Part shown: positions 53,845 through 63,668 of the stretch, in pieces | Layout of the letters: each line of letters begins with the position of its first letter | Position numbering within the stretch: the stretch's first letter is position 1 | Source of the DNA: Moraxellaceae bacterium | GTDB lineage: Bacteria > Pseudomonadota > Gammaproteobacteria > Pseudomonadales > Moraxellaceae | Assembly: GCA_049655345.1 (NCBI GenBank) | Contig: JBASJP010000151.1 | Span: forward strand, 1-63,668 | DNA: 63,668 nt | Direction: 5' to 3' | Position numbers and translations under genes: made by a program | Notes under the pieces: generated by a model | The model's database searches: none | Told to the model about the DNA's origin: nothing | What the model saw: the letters and a program-made list of their open reading frames with translations, nothing else

Positions 53845-56800
53845 GGCTGCACTCCTGATGCCTGTGGAGGAATCGCAGGACGGGATTTCGCACCCACCTT
53901 TTCCACCAGCGGGCTACTCCAGTCTCCCGAAATACGATAATGCATGACAGTGGCTTTCTTGATCTGCCGCTTCAGGGCCATTTCGGCTGCCGCAACCGCG
54001 CCTCCGACAAGTGGCCCTGCCACCACCACGGCGGCCAGCGGTACGGCACTGGATACCGGCACATTCACCGTAAACAGCTGATCCATTTTTTGTCCGGCCA
54101 GATCCAGCTGTCCCTCGCCATGCGCAGAAAGTGACGGCCCCTTGAGATCAAACACGGCACGCGGCATTTGCCCCGACTGCAGGTTGCCATTCAGCGTGAC
54201 CGCATCAAAGGAAAGCCCCTTGAGTAGCACATCAGAGAAATCGCCCCGGAGGCGGCGCCGAATGTTTTCAATATCCACAAGCCCGAAGACACGACTGGCA
54301 CTGGTGGCCGCATTCACGTTGAGCAGGCGTCCGTTTTCAATACGCATCGCCAGCGTGCCATCCAGCCCCTTCAGGGCAATTGACTGCGGCGAAGAAGGCC
54401 ATGACAGATCCACCTCTGCCCACGCCTTCGGACTGTCCAGCGTGGGAGCAAAGCGCAAGGCCTTGAGCAAGCCGGCAACATCCTGACTTGTCGCCACCCC
54501 GCGCAAGCGTGTGCTGTCCCCACCGCGCCATTGCCAGTCGAGGCGACCATCAAAAGCCGCAACTGCGGTCCTGAGCTTCAATTCATCCATGCGCACACCA
54601 TAAGGGCTGGGCGACAGCCGGACCGCTCCGGACATCTGACCAAACCCAGGATACTGGCGCATGCGCAGTCCTTCGACGCTCACACTGACCGGCCTGGTGG
54701 AAGGCAACGCTGCATTGCCGGAAACTGCTGCGACTGTGTCCGGCATGCCAGGCAAGGGCCAGTGCAACCGCGTGATCGCCAGTTCGCATTCCTTGCCTTC
54801 CGCATCCGGCCACAGCAGTGTGCCGGCCAGATCCTCATTGGTCAGCCCGACGCGCCAGGCGGTAGCTTCCCTTTTCACGGACAGCCGTGCGTTGCCAAGA
54901 CGCCAGCCATTGGCCTCCATCTCGCGCGCCTCAATCTCAAGCCGTGTCAGGCCGGGCAACCTGGCGCTGGACACAGTCCTTGACGTGCTTTTCTGCAGGC
55001 GATCCAGCCATGGCTGCCAGTCCGTCAGGGACAGTCTGGGCACCCTGCCCTCAATCTCGATGCCGGGAGCGGATGGCCAGCCAACATCGTTGCTGTCGAG
55101 CCTGAGCAGGGCCGCATTGAAAACGCCATCACGCCAGACGAGCCCCCCACTCAACCGGCGCCCCAGTTGCAGTCGCGCCATCTGTTCCACGCCACCCAGC
55201 GAGGACTGGAGGCGGAAGGGCAGCGGTGTCACTCCCTTGCCCAGCGGCGCAGGCAAAAGAATGCTCATGCCCGCAAGCGAAGAGGTCACCTGCAACTGTG
55301 CGGGCTGATTGTCAGCAGGAATCCTGATACGCGCCTGATAGGGTGCTTCACCACTGAGCGCCTGCCACAGCGGGCCACCCAGCCACCCCTGCAGGGCGGT
55401 CACGCCGACGCGCCCGTCGACATCCACCTGCACCTGCTGCAGCACGCCCTTGCGGACGGTGCTGCCGATTCTTGCCATAACCGGGGCGCCCAGCATGCGC
55501 CCGCTGAGGGCATCTGCTGTCAGCCCGGCTTTAGTGGTATAGCGCACCTCGCCCCGCAAGCCATCTACCAGCAAGGACTGTCCGGGCAGGAGCAGCTGGT
55601 TCTCGTCCAGCACGGCTTTTACACTGACGTCCGCCGTTTGCGTCTGCGCGGCCAGAGGAATTTCAAGCGCCAGTTGTCCGTTCAGAACCCCTTTGACCTG
55701 CAACGCCTCCGAAAGTGACCCTGTGTGCTCACGCAACGGACTCTCCCGGAACAACCGGACAAGATCCGGCCCGTAGGACCGGAACTCGCCGCTCACCGCA
55801 AGCCGGGGATGCCGCAGGTCCGGAATATCCGCCCGCAGCGTATGGGCCACGGTTGCATCAAGCAGCCTGGCCTGCCGCCCCTCGACGTTCAGGCCCCGTC
55901 CGTCAATGGTCACCACCCCATCGAGATTTTGCAGCGCAGGCCATCCCGGCAGGTAATCCAGCGTGGTCCCATTCACCTCGAAACGCATCAGCTGGCGCAT
56001 CGGAGGCTGCCCGTCCCTGTGCGATACCGGCCCGTCGAACAGGAAGTCTCCACGCGTCACCGTGCCCGCCACCAGCGACCGGCGCAACCAGTCAATTGCC
56101 TTGTCACCCGCAGGTGGCCAAGGCACGTAACGCCAGGAGCTGGCCACACGGGCATTGGTCAGCCTGGCCATCAGGGACAGCTCGGCGGCATGAGGGTCGG
56201 CACGGGGTATGTCCACGCGCAAAACTGCCTGGCCTGCCGCATCGGGGTTTTTCACCAGCAGTCGATCACTTTCCAGATGCCAGCGCTCCGGACTGACCTG
56301 CATACGGACAACCCCTCGCAGATAGTCCAGCGCGACCGGCTCACGGAAAACCTGCCTAAGATCCAGCCCACCGGCTTTTGTATCCAGTGCCAGCAGTGTC
56401 TGCTCCGGCGTCCAGCGAGCCCAGCCGGTCAGGTTGTTTCCACCGGGAAAGCGGGTGGTAGCATGAAGGCCAATGCGCTCAAAACGGGTACTAACAAGAC
56501 GCGGCGACCAGTGTCCCTCCGCATCTGAGGACAACGACACCCTCAATGCAGGAATCCGGCCCACCGGTGTCGCTTCACGCATCCAGTCGGCAAGGCTTAC
56601 AGGCAAGGTCAGGCGATTGAGCAGCACGGCTGCCGGAGCCACCTCCAGACCCGCCACGGCCACCGTCAGCTCGCCGGGCTTGCCCGCGATAGCCACGGCA
56701 GAGGCCGGCCAGGCAATGTTGTCCACCTGAGCCGCCAGATGCTGTGCCGACAGCGTCCACCCCTTGTCCGTACGTGCCCAGGCAAGCTCGCCACGCACGG

Positions 56801-57701
56801 AGTTCAGGACATGATTGCCATGACGGCTGCGGAATACGGCCTGACTCAACCGGGGTCGCGCCTGCAGCGCCATCAGCTGCCCACGGGTAAAGTGCAGCCA
56901 GAACTCGCCGCCACCGGTTACCTGCTGAAGACCTATGCCAGCCACATCCGTGCGTGGCAGCCATGCATCCAGCCGCATGGACGGCAGGCTTAGCCAGGCC
57001 ACCAGCACCCCCTTGTGCCACTCGGTCGGCTCCCCCTGCAGACTCATGTTGATGGCCGCCGGATGCATCATGCCCTCCAGCCGCACATCACCCGCCAGGC
57101 GATGGCTCCGGCCATCATTGCGATTAACCAGATTGATGCGATTGAAATGAAGAACGGGATATCCCTGCAGGGCAAGCTCAAGCCGGCTGTCCTCGATCGC
57201 CAGCAAGGGCTGTCTCAGGGCCGCCTGTATCGCACGTTTGGCGGCCGCAGGATCCGTCTGTGCCAGCGATGCCATCTCCCGCAACCGTAACTGCCCGTCA
57301 GGCAGCTGGTCAAAGTGGAGATCAAGGCCACGGACACGCACATCAACACGGGGTTCAAACGAAATCAGGCTTTGCCAGAGCGAGGGTCGCAACTCCAGAC
57401 GGGGAATCAGCAGTAACGTTGATGCCGGCACAGCCGGATTCTGCAGACGCAACCCCTCCACCAGAAAAAAGGGCGTCACTCCCTGCCAGCTGCCTGTCAC
57501 CCGTTCGATACGAACCGGAAGGCCGATCACCTGCGTCAGTTTTGCCTCGATTTCTGCATGATAGCGGCTGGTCGCTGGGGCAAACTGACGACCAAGCCCC
57601 ACCACGATGGCCACCAGCACCAGCAGAACCAGCGCCAAGGTAAGCAGCTGGTGCCAGCCCCACAGGGCAGCATGACGCATGGTGTGCCAGTTCAGGGCCA
57701 C
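53841..57701 (-). CDS. yhdP: AsmA-like envelope lipid-transport protein YhdP
   Basis: 1286 aa with an N-terminal TM anchor and a long beta-rich body. Conserved position downstream of rng. Confidence 0.88.
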   Translation of the reverse strand: MALNWHTMRHAALWGWHQLLTLALVLLVLVAIVVGLGRQFAPATSRYHAEIEAKLTQVIGLPVRIERVTGSWQGVTPFFLVEGLRLQNPAVPASTLLLIPRLELRPSLWQSLISFEPRVDVRVRGLDLHFDQLPDGQLRLREMASLAQTDPAAAKRAIQAALRQPLLAIEDSRLELALQGYPVLHFNRINLVNRNDGRSHRLAGDVRLEGMMHPAAINMSLQGEPTEWHKGVLVAWLSLPSMRLDAWLPRTDVAGIGLQQVTGGGEFWLHFTRGQLMALQARPRLSQAVFRSRHGNHVLNSVRGELAWARTDKGWTLSAQHLAAQVDNIAWPASAVAIAGKPGELTVAVAGLEVAPAAVLLNRLTLPVSLADWMREATPVGRIPALRVSLSSDAEGHWSPRLVSTRFERIGLHATTRFPGGNNLTGWARWTPEQTLLALDTKAGGLDLRQVFREPVALDYLRGVVRMQVSPERWHLESDRLLVKNPDAAGQAVLRVDIPRADPHAAELSLMARLTNARVASSWRYVPWPPAGDKAIDWLRRSLVAGTVTRGDFLFDGPVSHRDGQPPMRQLMRFEVNGTTLDYLPGWPALQNLDGVVTIDGRGLNVEGRQARLLDATVAHTLRADIPDLRHPRLAVSGEFRSYGPDLVRLFRESPLREHTGSLSEALQVKGVLNGQLALEIPLAAQTQTADVSVKAVLDENQLLLPGQSLLVDGLRGEVRYTTKAGLTADALSGRMLGAPVMARIGSTVRKGVLQQVQVDVDGRVGVTALQGWLGGPLWQALSGEAPYQARIRIPADNQPAQLQVTSSLAGMSILLPAPLGKGVTPLPFRLQSSLGGVEQMARLQLGRRLSGGLVWRDGVFNAALLRLDSNDVGWPSAPGIEIEGRVPRLSLTDWQPWLDRLQKSTSRTVSSARLPGLTRLEIEAREMEANGWRLGNARLSVKREATAWRVGLTNEDLAGTLLWPDAEGKECELAITRLHWPLPGMPDTVAAVSGNAALPSTRPVSVSVEGLRMRQYPGFGQMSGAVRLSPSPYGVRMDELKLRTAVAAFDGRLDWQWRGGDSTRLRGVATSQDVAGLLKALRFAPTLDSPKAWAEVDLSWPSSPQSIALKGLDGTLAMRIENGRLLNVNAATSASRVFGLVDIENIRRRLRGDFSDVLLKGLSFDAVTLNGNLQSGQMPRAVFDLKGPSLSAHGEGQLDLAGQKMDQLFTVNVPVSSAVPLAAVVVAGPLVGGAVAAAEMALKRQIKKATVMHYRISGDWSSPLVEKVGAKSRPAIPPQASGVQP

Positions 57702-57803
57702 AGGGAAATTCCATCAAGAGTCGGGACAGTGAGGAATGATAGCGCCACCCCGGAAAAAGCCTGTCGCATGATTGTTGCAACGCATGCCCACTCCGGACAC
57801 CAG

Positions 57804-59270
57804 TCAGAGCAGCACGATATCAAACTGCTCCTGGGTATAAAGTGCTTCTACCGAGAAGCGGATCGGCTTGCCGATAAACAACTCCAGATCCGCCACCGCC
57901 GCAGACTCCTCACCCAGCAAGCGATCAATCACCTTCTGGTTGGCCACCACCCGGTAACCATGCGCAGCATCATACGCGCGTGCCTCACGCAGGATTTCAC
58001 GAAAAATCTCGTAGCAAACGGTTTCCGCCGTCTTCACCGTGCCCCGGCCCTGACATGCCGGACAGGTTTCACACAGGAGATGTTCGAGTGACTCGCGCGT
58101 GCGCTTGCGGGTCATTTCTACCAGACCAAGCTCCGACACCTGGGTAATCTTGGTCTTGGCATGATCACGCACCAACATCCGTTCAAAGCTGCGCAACACC
58201 TGCTGCCGGTGCTCAAGCTCCTCCATGTCGATGAAGTCGATGATGATGATGCCACCAAGATTGCGTAGCCTGAGCTGCCTGGCAATGACATGCGTTGCCT
58301 CAAGATTTGTCTTGAAAACCGTATCTTCCAGATTGCGTGTACCGACGAATGAACCGGTATTCACGTCCACAGTTGTCATCGCCTCGGTCTGGTCGATGAT
58401 CAGATAACCACCCGACTTCAGCATGACCTTGCGCTGCAACGCTTTCTGCAGGTCATCCTCGATATTGTAAAGGTCGAACAGGGGACGCTCGCCCGGATAA
58501 TGCTCAAGACGCTCATGCATCTGTGGCATGAACTCATGTACAAATTCGTTGACCTTGGCATGGGTTTCGCGCGAATCGATCAGTATTTTTTCAACATCGG
58601 CATTTACCAGATCACGTAAAGTCCGCAGGAAAAGCGGTAACTCTTCATAGATCAGTGATGCCGATCCTGCGCTTGCACAACGCTCCTGTATCCAGCGCCA
58701 GAGCTTGACGAGAAACTGCATGTCACGGCGCAGTTCATGCTCGCTCACACCTTCTGCAACGGTACGCACAATGAACCCGCCACTCTCCGTGTCAGGGCTT
58801 TCGGCCTTGAGCTGACGGATGAGGTTTTTCAGACGATCACGCTCGGCCTCGTCTTCAATGCGCTGTGACACCCCCACATGCTCGCCTTTTGGCATGTAGA
58901 CCAGATAGCGGGACGGAATCGACAGGTCTGTGGTCAGCCGTGCACCCTTGCTGCCCATCATGTCTTTCATGACCTGCACGATGACATTCTGTCCCTCATG
59001 CAGCATCTCGGAAATTACTGGCGTGCGCTCGCCATCGGCCTTTGGCCAGACAATGTCGTTGGCATGAATAAAAGCTGTCCGTGACAAACCTAGCTCTACA
59101 AATGCCGCCTGCATGCCGGGTAACACACGAACCACCCGACCCTTGTAGATATTGCCGACCAGCCCGCGTCGCGCCGTACGCTCGACAAACAGTTCCTGCA
59201 CAATGCCGTTCTCGACCAGTGCCACGCGGCACTCCATCGGCGTCACGTTAATCAGGATTTCTTCAGACAT
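57804..59270 (-). CDS. rng: Ribonuclease G
   Basis: S1 domain plus the RNase E/G catalytic core (IIIDFIDM). 488 aa, with no RNase E scaffold extension. Confidence 0.95.
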   Translation of the reverse strand: MSEEILINVTPMECRVALVENGIVQELFVERTARRGLVGNIYKGRVVRVLPGMQAAFVELGLSRTAFIHANDIVWPKADGERTPVISEMLHEGQNVIVQVMKDMMGSKGARLTTDLSIPSRYLVYMPKGEHVGVSQRIEDEAERDRLKNLIRQLKAESPDTESGGFIVRTVAEGVSEHELRRDMQFLVKLWRWIQERCASAGSASLIYEELPLFLRTLRDLVNADVEKILIDSRETHAKVNEFVHEFMPQMHERLEHYPGERPLFDLYNIEDDLQKALQRKVMLKSGGYLIIDQTEAMTTVDVNTGSFVGTRNLEDTVFKTNLEATHVIARQLRLRNLGGIIIIDFIDMEELEHRQQVLRSFERMLVRDHAKTKITQVSELGLVEMTRKRTRESLEHLLCETCPACQGRGTVKTAETVCYEIFREILREARAYDAAHGYRVVANQKVIDRLLGEESAAVADLELFIGKPIRFSVEALYTQEQFDIVLL

Positions 59271-59278
59271 GTGCTTGA

Positions 59279-59857
59279 TTACCCCAGAACCCGTATGCCG
59301 AAGCGCGCCAGTAACGATACTGTCTCTGTCAGCGGCAAGCCGACAACATTACTGTAGCTGCCTTCGATTGCATCCACAAAAACCGCACCACGCCCCTGAA
59401 TGGCATAGCCGCCGGCCTTGTCATGCGGCTCACCCGTCAGCCAGTAGGCATGCATTTCCTCCCGGCTGATCGGCCGGAAATGTACGCGCGTGGACACCAT
59501 TACTGTATCGACATGGCGACCATCACCGACAGCTACACCCGTCAATACCTGATGGGTACGCCCCGAGAGCCGCAACCACATCTCGACAGCTTCTGCCTCT
59601 GATGCAGGCTTGCCCAGCACGACATCATCCGCTACCACCGTCGTATCTGCCGCAATCACGACACCAGCGGTCACCTGCGCCAACCCGGCCTGTGCCTTCT
59701 CGTGTGCCAGCCGCAGCACGTAATCCGACGGACGCTCGCCCTCGCGCACCGACTCGTCAACATCCACCTTCAGCACTGAAAACTGCAGGCCGACCTGCTC
59801 CAGCAACTCACGGCGACGAGGAGATGTGGAAGCCAGAAACAGGGGGAGCGGATACAT
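59279..59857 (-). CDS. maf: Maf-family nucleoside triphosphate pyrophosphatase
   Basis: ATG 59857 (192 aa). LASTSPRRRELL and KAGGYAIQG motifs. Confidence 0.92.
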   Translation of the reverse strand: MYPLPLFLASTSPRRRELLEQVGLQFSVLKVDVDESVREGERPSDYVLRLAHEKAQAGLAQVTAGVVIAADTTVVADDVVLGKPASEAEAVEMWLRLSGRTHQVLTGVAVGDGRHVDTVMVSTRVHFRPISREEMHAYWLTGEPHDKAGGYAIQGRGAVFVDAIEGSYSNVVGLPLTETVSLLARFGIRVLG

Positions 59858-60030
59858 GGCGAGGTTCACAGGACAGGACAAGTCCCCAATATAACCGGAC
59901 ACCGGGAAAAACGCGCGGAGAAGAACAACCGGATCAAAGGAAGGGATTGGGACAGGCCATCAAAACCGGCACGGTCATCTGGCCTGCTGCAAAATATCCT
60001 GCCGCACAACCCGGATGATAATCCGGACGA

Positions 60031-60501
60031 TCAACGAGTGAAACGACGAAGGGTAAACATGACAGTGGGCCACACCAGCGCACTGGTCAGTGCAGGAGCC
60101 CAATACAGAAGAGAGTCTGTGCCTTGCCCCAGAATACCCAGCAAAATGCGCTTGACGATCAAACCCGCCAGCACCAGCGCAAACACCAGCCCGCCTGTTT
60201 GCCAGAGCGAGAAAACCGTTACCCAGCGATACGAAAGTCGGGTGAGATAAGCAATCACGGCCAACACCAATGGATATACGCCAAAGGTAGTCGCCATCAG
60301 CACATCCAGCAACAGCCCCAGGGTGAACGCAGCCCAGACGCCGACCTTGCCCGGTTCATTAAGCACCCAGAACACCAGCACCATCATGACCAGTTCGGGC
60401 CGCCAGTAGCTGATGGCCTGCGGCAAGGGCAGCGCCACCAGCAGGAAGGCAATGAAAAAACTCAGTGGCAGCGCCACCAGTGTACTGGGACGACGTGACA
60501 T
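60031..60501 (-). CDS. mreD: Rod shape-determining protein MreD
   Basis: 156-aa polytopic membrane protein directly after mreC. Confidence 0.88.
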   Translation of the reverse strand: MSRRPSTLVALPLSFFIAFLLVALPLPQAISYWRPELVMMVLVFWVLNEPGKVGVWAAFTLGLLLDVLMATTFGVYPLVLAVIAYLTRLSYRWVTVFSLWQTGGLVFALVLAGLIVKRILLGILGQGTDSLLYWAPALTSALVWPTVMFTLRRFTR

Positions 60502-60503
60502 GA

Positions 60504-61373
60504 CTATTGCGCTCCCGTTGCGTCAGCAGCGGCATTCTCTGCGCGCAGCGGACGATTGAAGAGCAACAGCACATGACGACTGCGATCAAGCTCCGCTGAC
60601 GGCTTTGCATCAATTTCAGCGAACTCACCGGTACCGCTCTTGCCTACCCGGGTAACCACACCCACCGGATAACCGGCCGGATAACGCATGCCCAGCCCGG
60701 AGCTCAGCAACTGGTCACCCACCTTCACATCAGCCGACTCGGGCACATACTGCAGACGCAACTGATCTATCTCGCCAGTGCCAGCCACAATCGCACGAAC
60801 ACCGTTACGCGCAATACGCACCGGAACCGCATGTTCACGATCAGCAATCAGCATCGCACGTGACGTGGTTGGTCCCACCTCGATAATCTGCCCCATCAGG
60901 CCGCGGGCATCCAGAATGGGCTGCCCTACATAAGCGCCGGCATCCAGCCCCTTGTTGACCAGAATGATGTGCCGGAACGGATCGGCATCCACACCGATAA
61001 TCTCTGCAATCAGGACACGACCATCCACCACCAGCGTGGAGTCGATCAGGCCGCGCAGGCGTGCATTTTCCGCTGCCAGTTCGGAGAACTTCTGCAGGCG
61101 TCCAGACAACACCAGCAACTGGCTTTTCAGGTAGGAGTTTTCCGCACGCAGTTCGGTTTCATCCAGCGCGACCTCGGTCGTCACATTGGACAAGCGTCCC
61201 GGCCAGCTCATCATGCTGTAAACCGGTGAGAGCAGCCCGTTGATCTGGAAGCGCACCGGCTCGGTGACAAAATGAAAGCGCACATCAACAAACATCAGGC
61301 CCGCTGCCAACAAGGCCGCAAACAGCAGACTGTAGCCGCCGTTAGAGGTTTTGCTGAAAAGCGTGGTTTCGAT
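60504..61373 (-). CDS. mreC: Rod shape-determining protein MreC (start codon uncertain, apparently non-canonical)
   Basis: MreC body with a C-terminal beta-barrel region. The conserved N-terminus (..TLFSKTSNGGYSLLFAALLAAGLMFVD) extends upstream of the first canonical start (TTG 61313). AAGGAG (61386-61381) precedes in-frame ATC ATC (61376-61371), and an in-frame stop lies at 61397-61395. Confidence 0.85.
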   Translation of the reverse strand: METTLFSKTSNGGYSLLFAALLAAGLMFVDVRFHFVTEPVRFQINGLLSPVYSMMSWPGRLSNVTTEVALDETELRAENSYLKSQLLVLSGRLQKFSELAAENARLRGLIDSTLVVDGRVLIAEIIGVDADPFRHIILVNKGLDAGAYVGQPILDARGLMGQIIEVGPTTSRAMLIADREHAVPVRIARNGVRAIVAGTGEIDQLRLQYVPESADVKVGDQLLSSGLGMRYPAGYPVGVVTRVGKSGTGEFAEIDAKPSAELDRSRHVLLLFNRPLRAENAAADATGAQ

Positions 61374-61427
61374 GATGGCTCTCCTTGAGTCCGTTTAGTG
61401 CAACAGTGCAGATACTGAAACAGTGCT

Positions 61428-61452
61428 AACAAAAAAGCCGGCACAGCCGGCT
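61428..61452 (-). terminator. Intrinsic terminator/attenuator between mreB and mreC
   Basis: Minus strand AGCCGGC-TGT-GCCGGCT followed by TTTTTTG. Confidence 0.6.
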
Positions 61453-61577
61453 CATTCATTTCTTTGCCACCATCCCTGGCCAACCGTATTGATGCGGGCA
61501 GGAGATGCAAGGCAAAACCGGGCGCAACAGCGGAGTGGGGAAATCACCACCCCGGATCACCCGTTCAGCGAGTCCGG

Positions 61578-62720
<1,143 letters not shown>

Positions 62721-62884
62721 TCACACCCTGTCCGCACGCTGGCGTTGGGCCTGGCGTTGGGCGATGGACACAAGTCCCGGAAAATGGCGCTAACTCTAAA
62801 CAAAGGAGGTTCTTTGGACAAGACGAGAACTGTGCTAAGTTGCGCCCTCTTACGCGTTTTCAACAAATTTCCACGAGTTTTCCC

Positions 62885-63172
62885 ATGGCCCTGACCGCCA
62901 CCGAGGTCGCGAAGATCGCCCACCTCGCCCGCCTGGCATTGACCACCGAAGAAGAAGGCCAGGTCACTGCCCGTCTCAATGACATCCTTGGACTTGTCGA
63001 CCACCTGCAAGCCGCCGACACCGCCGGGATCGAACCCATGGCCCATCCGCTGGATGCCACCCAGCCGCTGCGCGAGGACACGGTGACCGAAACCGACCAT
63101 CGCGAGCAGTACCAGGCCATTGCACCTGCCACCGAGGCGGGCTGCTATCTGGTGCCCAAAGTCATTGAGTAA
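62885..63172 (+). CDS. gatC: Glu/Asp-tRNA amidotransferase subunit C
   Basis: ATG 62885. [24 protein letters not shown]; 95 aa. Confidence 0.93.
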   Translation: MALTATEVAKIAHLARLALTTEEEGQVTARLNDILGLVDHLQAADTAGIEPMAHPLDATQPLREDTVTETDHREQYQAIAPATEAGCYLVPKVIE

Positions 63173-63225
63173 GCCACTCATTGCCCAGTGTATTTATTGC
63201 AGAGAACACTCATCGAGTAACCGTC

Positions 63226-63668
63226 ATGCATCACAAGACCCTGGCCGAACTGGCCACCGGCCTCGCCGCCAAGGAATTCTCCAGCGTCGAGCTGACCCGG
63301 CACTTCCTGAACCGTATCCGCCAGCATGATGGCCTGCTGAACAGCTTCATCACCGTGTGTGACGAGCAGGCACTGGCCCAGGCCGCTGCGGCGGATGCCA
63401 CCCGTGCCGCCGGCAAGGCCGGCCTGCTGACCGGGGTGCCGATGGCGCAAAAGGACATCTTTTGCACCGAGGGCGTCAAAACCACCTGTGCCTCGAAGAT
63501 GCTCGACAGCTTCATCTCGCCCTATAACGCGGCCGTCATCGAACGCAGCCTGAGCGCCGGACTGGTGATGCTGGGCAAGACCAACATGGACGAGTTCGCC
63601 ATGGGCTCGTCCAACGAAACCAGCTTTTATGGTCCGGTAAAAAACCCCTGGGACACCACAAAGGTACC
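63226..63668 (+). CDS. gatA: Glu/Asp-tRNA amidotransferase subunit A (5' part; runs off the window)
   Basis: ATG 63226 in an open frame to the window end. [24 protein letters not shown] and [13 protein letters not shown] amidase signature. Confidence 0.93.
   Translation, partial: MHHKTLAELATGLAAKEFSSVELTRHFLNRIRQHDGLLNSFITVCDEQALAQAAAADATRAAGKAGLLTGVPMAQKDIFCTEGVKTTCASKMLDSFISPYNAAVIERSLSAGLVMLGKTNMDEFAMGSSNETSFYGPVKNPWDTTKV

Noticed and set aside
62739-62762. Tandem 12-bp direct repeat CTGGCGTTGGGC x2 in the mreB/gatC intergenic region.
   Set aside because: There are only two copies, with no associated palindrome or gene boundary. It is most simply a slippage duplication.

Overview
This is a 63.7-kb chromosomal segment from a roughly 58-60% GC gammaproteobacterium; I cannot name the taxon by eye. 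All calls rest on by-eye motif recognition, synteny and remembered family signatures, with no database search. Nearly all of the window is conserved housekeeping synteny. (1) A complete dcw division/cell-wall cluster lies on the minus strand (256-18076): mraZ-rsmH-ftsL-ftsI-murE-murF-mraY-murD-ftsW-murG-murC-ddl-ftsQ-ftsA-ftsZ-lpxC, with a promoter and MraZ-box-like repeats upstream. (2) rnpB (RNase P RNA), then rsmI divergent from lpoA-yraN-diaA-dolP. (3) sspAB, cytochrome bc1 (petABC), tRNA-Gln and rplM-rpsI. (4) Acyl-CoA dehydrogenase, zapE, an alpha/beta hydrolase, yhcB, a NIF3-family gene and degS/algW. (5) hisGDC, murA, ibaG and mlaFEDCB. (6) kdsDC-lptCAB-rpoN-hpf-rapZ-ptsO, with no ptsN at its usual position. 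(7) An SDR oxidoreductase and yjgA. (8) mreBCD-maf-rng-yhdP-nitrilase, then gatC and the start of gatA. I saw no rRNA, CRISPR array, transposase, integrase or prophage. The only clearly non-housekeeping block, and my best candidate for an undescribed system, is a same-strand three-gene module at 50175-52930. It encodes a stand-alone cyclic-nucleotide-binding protein, an orphan class I (eukaryote/archaeal-type) HMG-CoA reductase and a translationally coupled DUF2806-like protein. No other mevalonate-pathway gene occurs in the window. Smaller oddities are an unusually long structured rpoN-hpf spacer, an mreC whose conserved N-terminus lies upstream of any canonical start codon, an LpoA lacking the N-terminal domain and lipobox, a small RBS-preceded ORF, and several inverted repeats in 5' regions.
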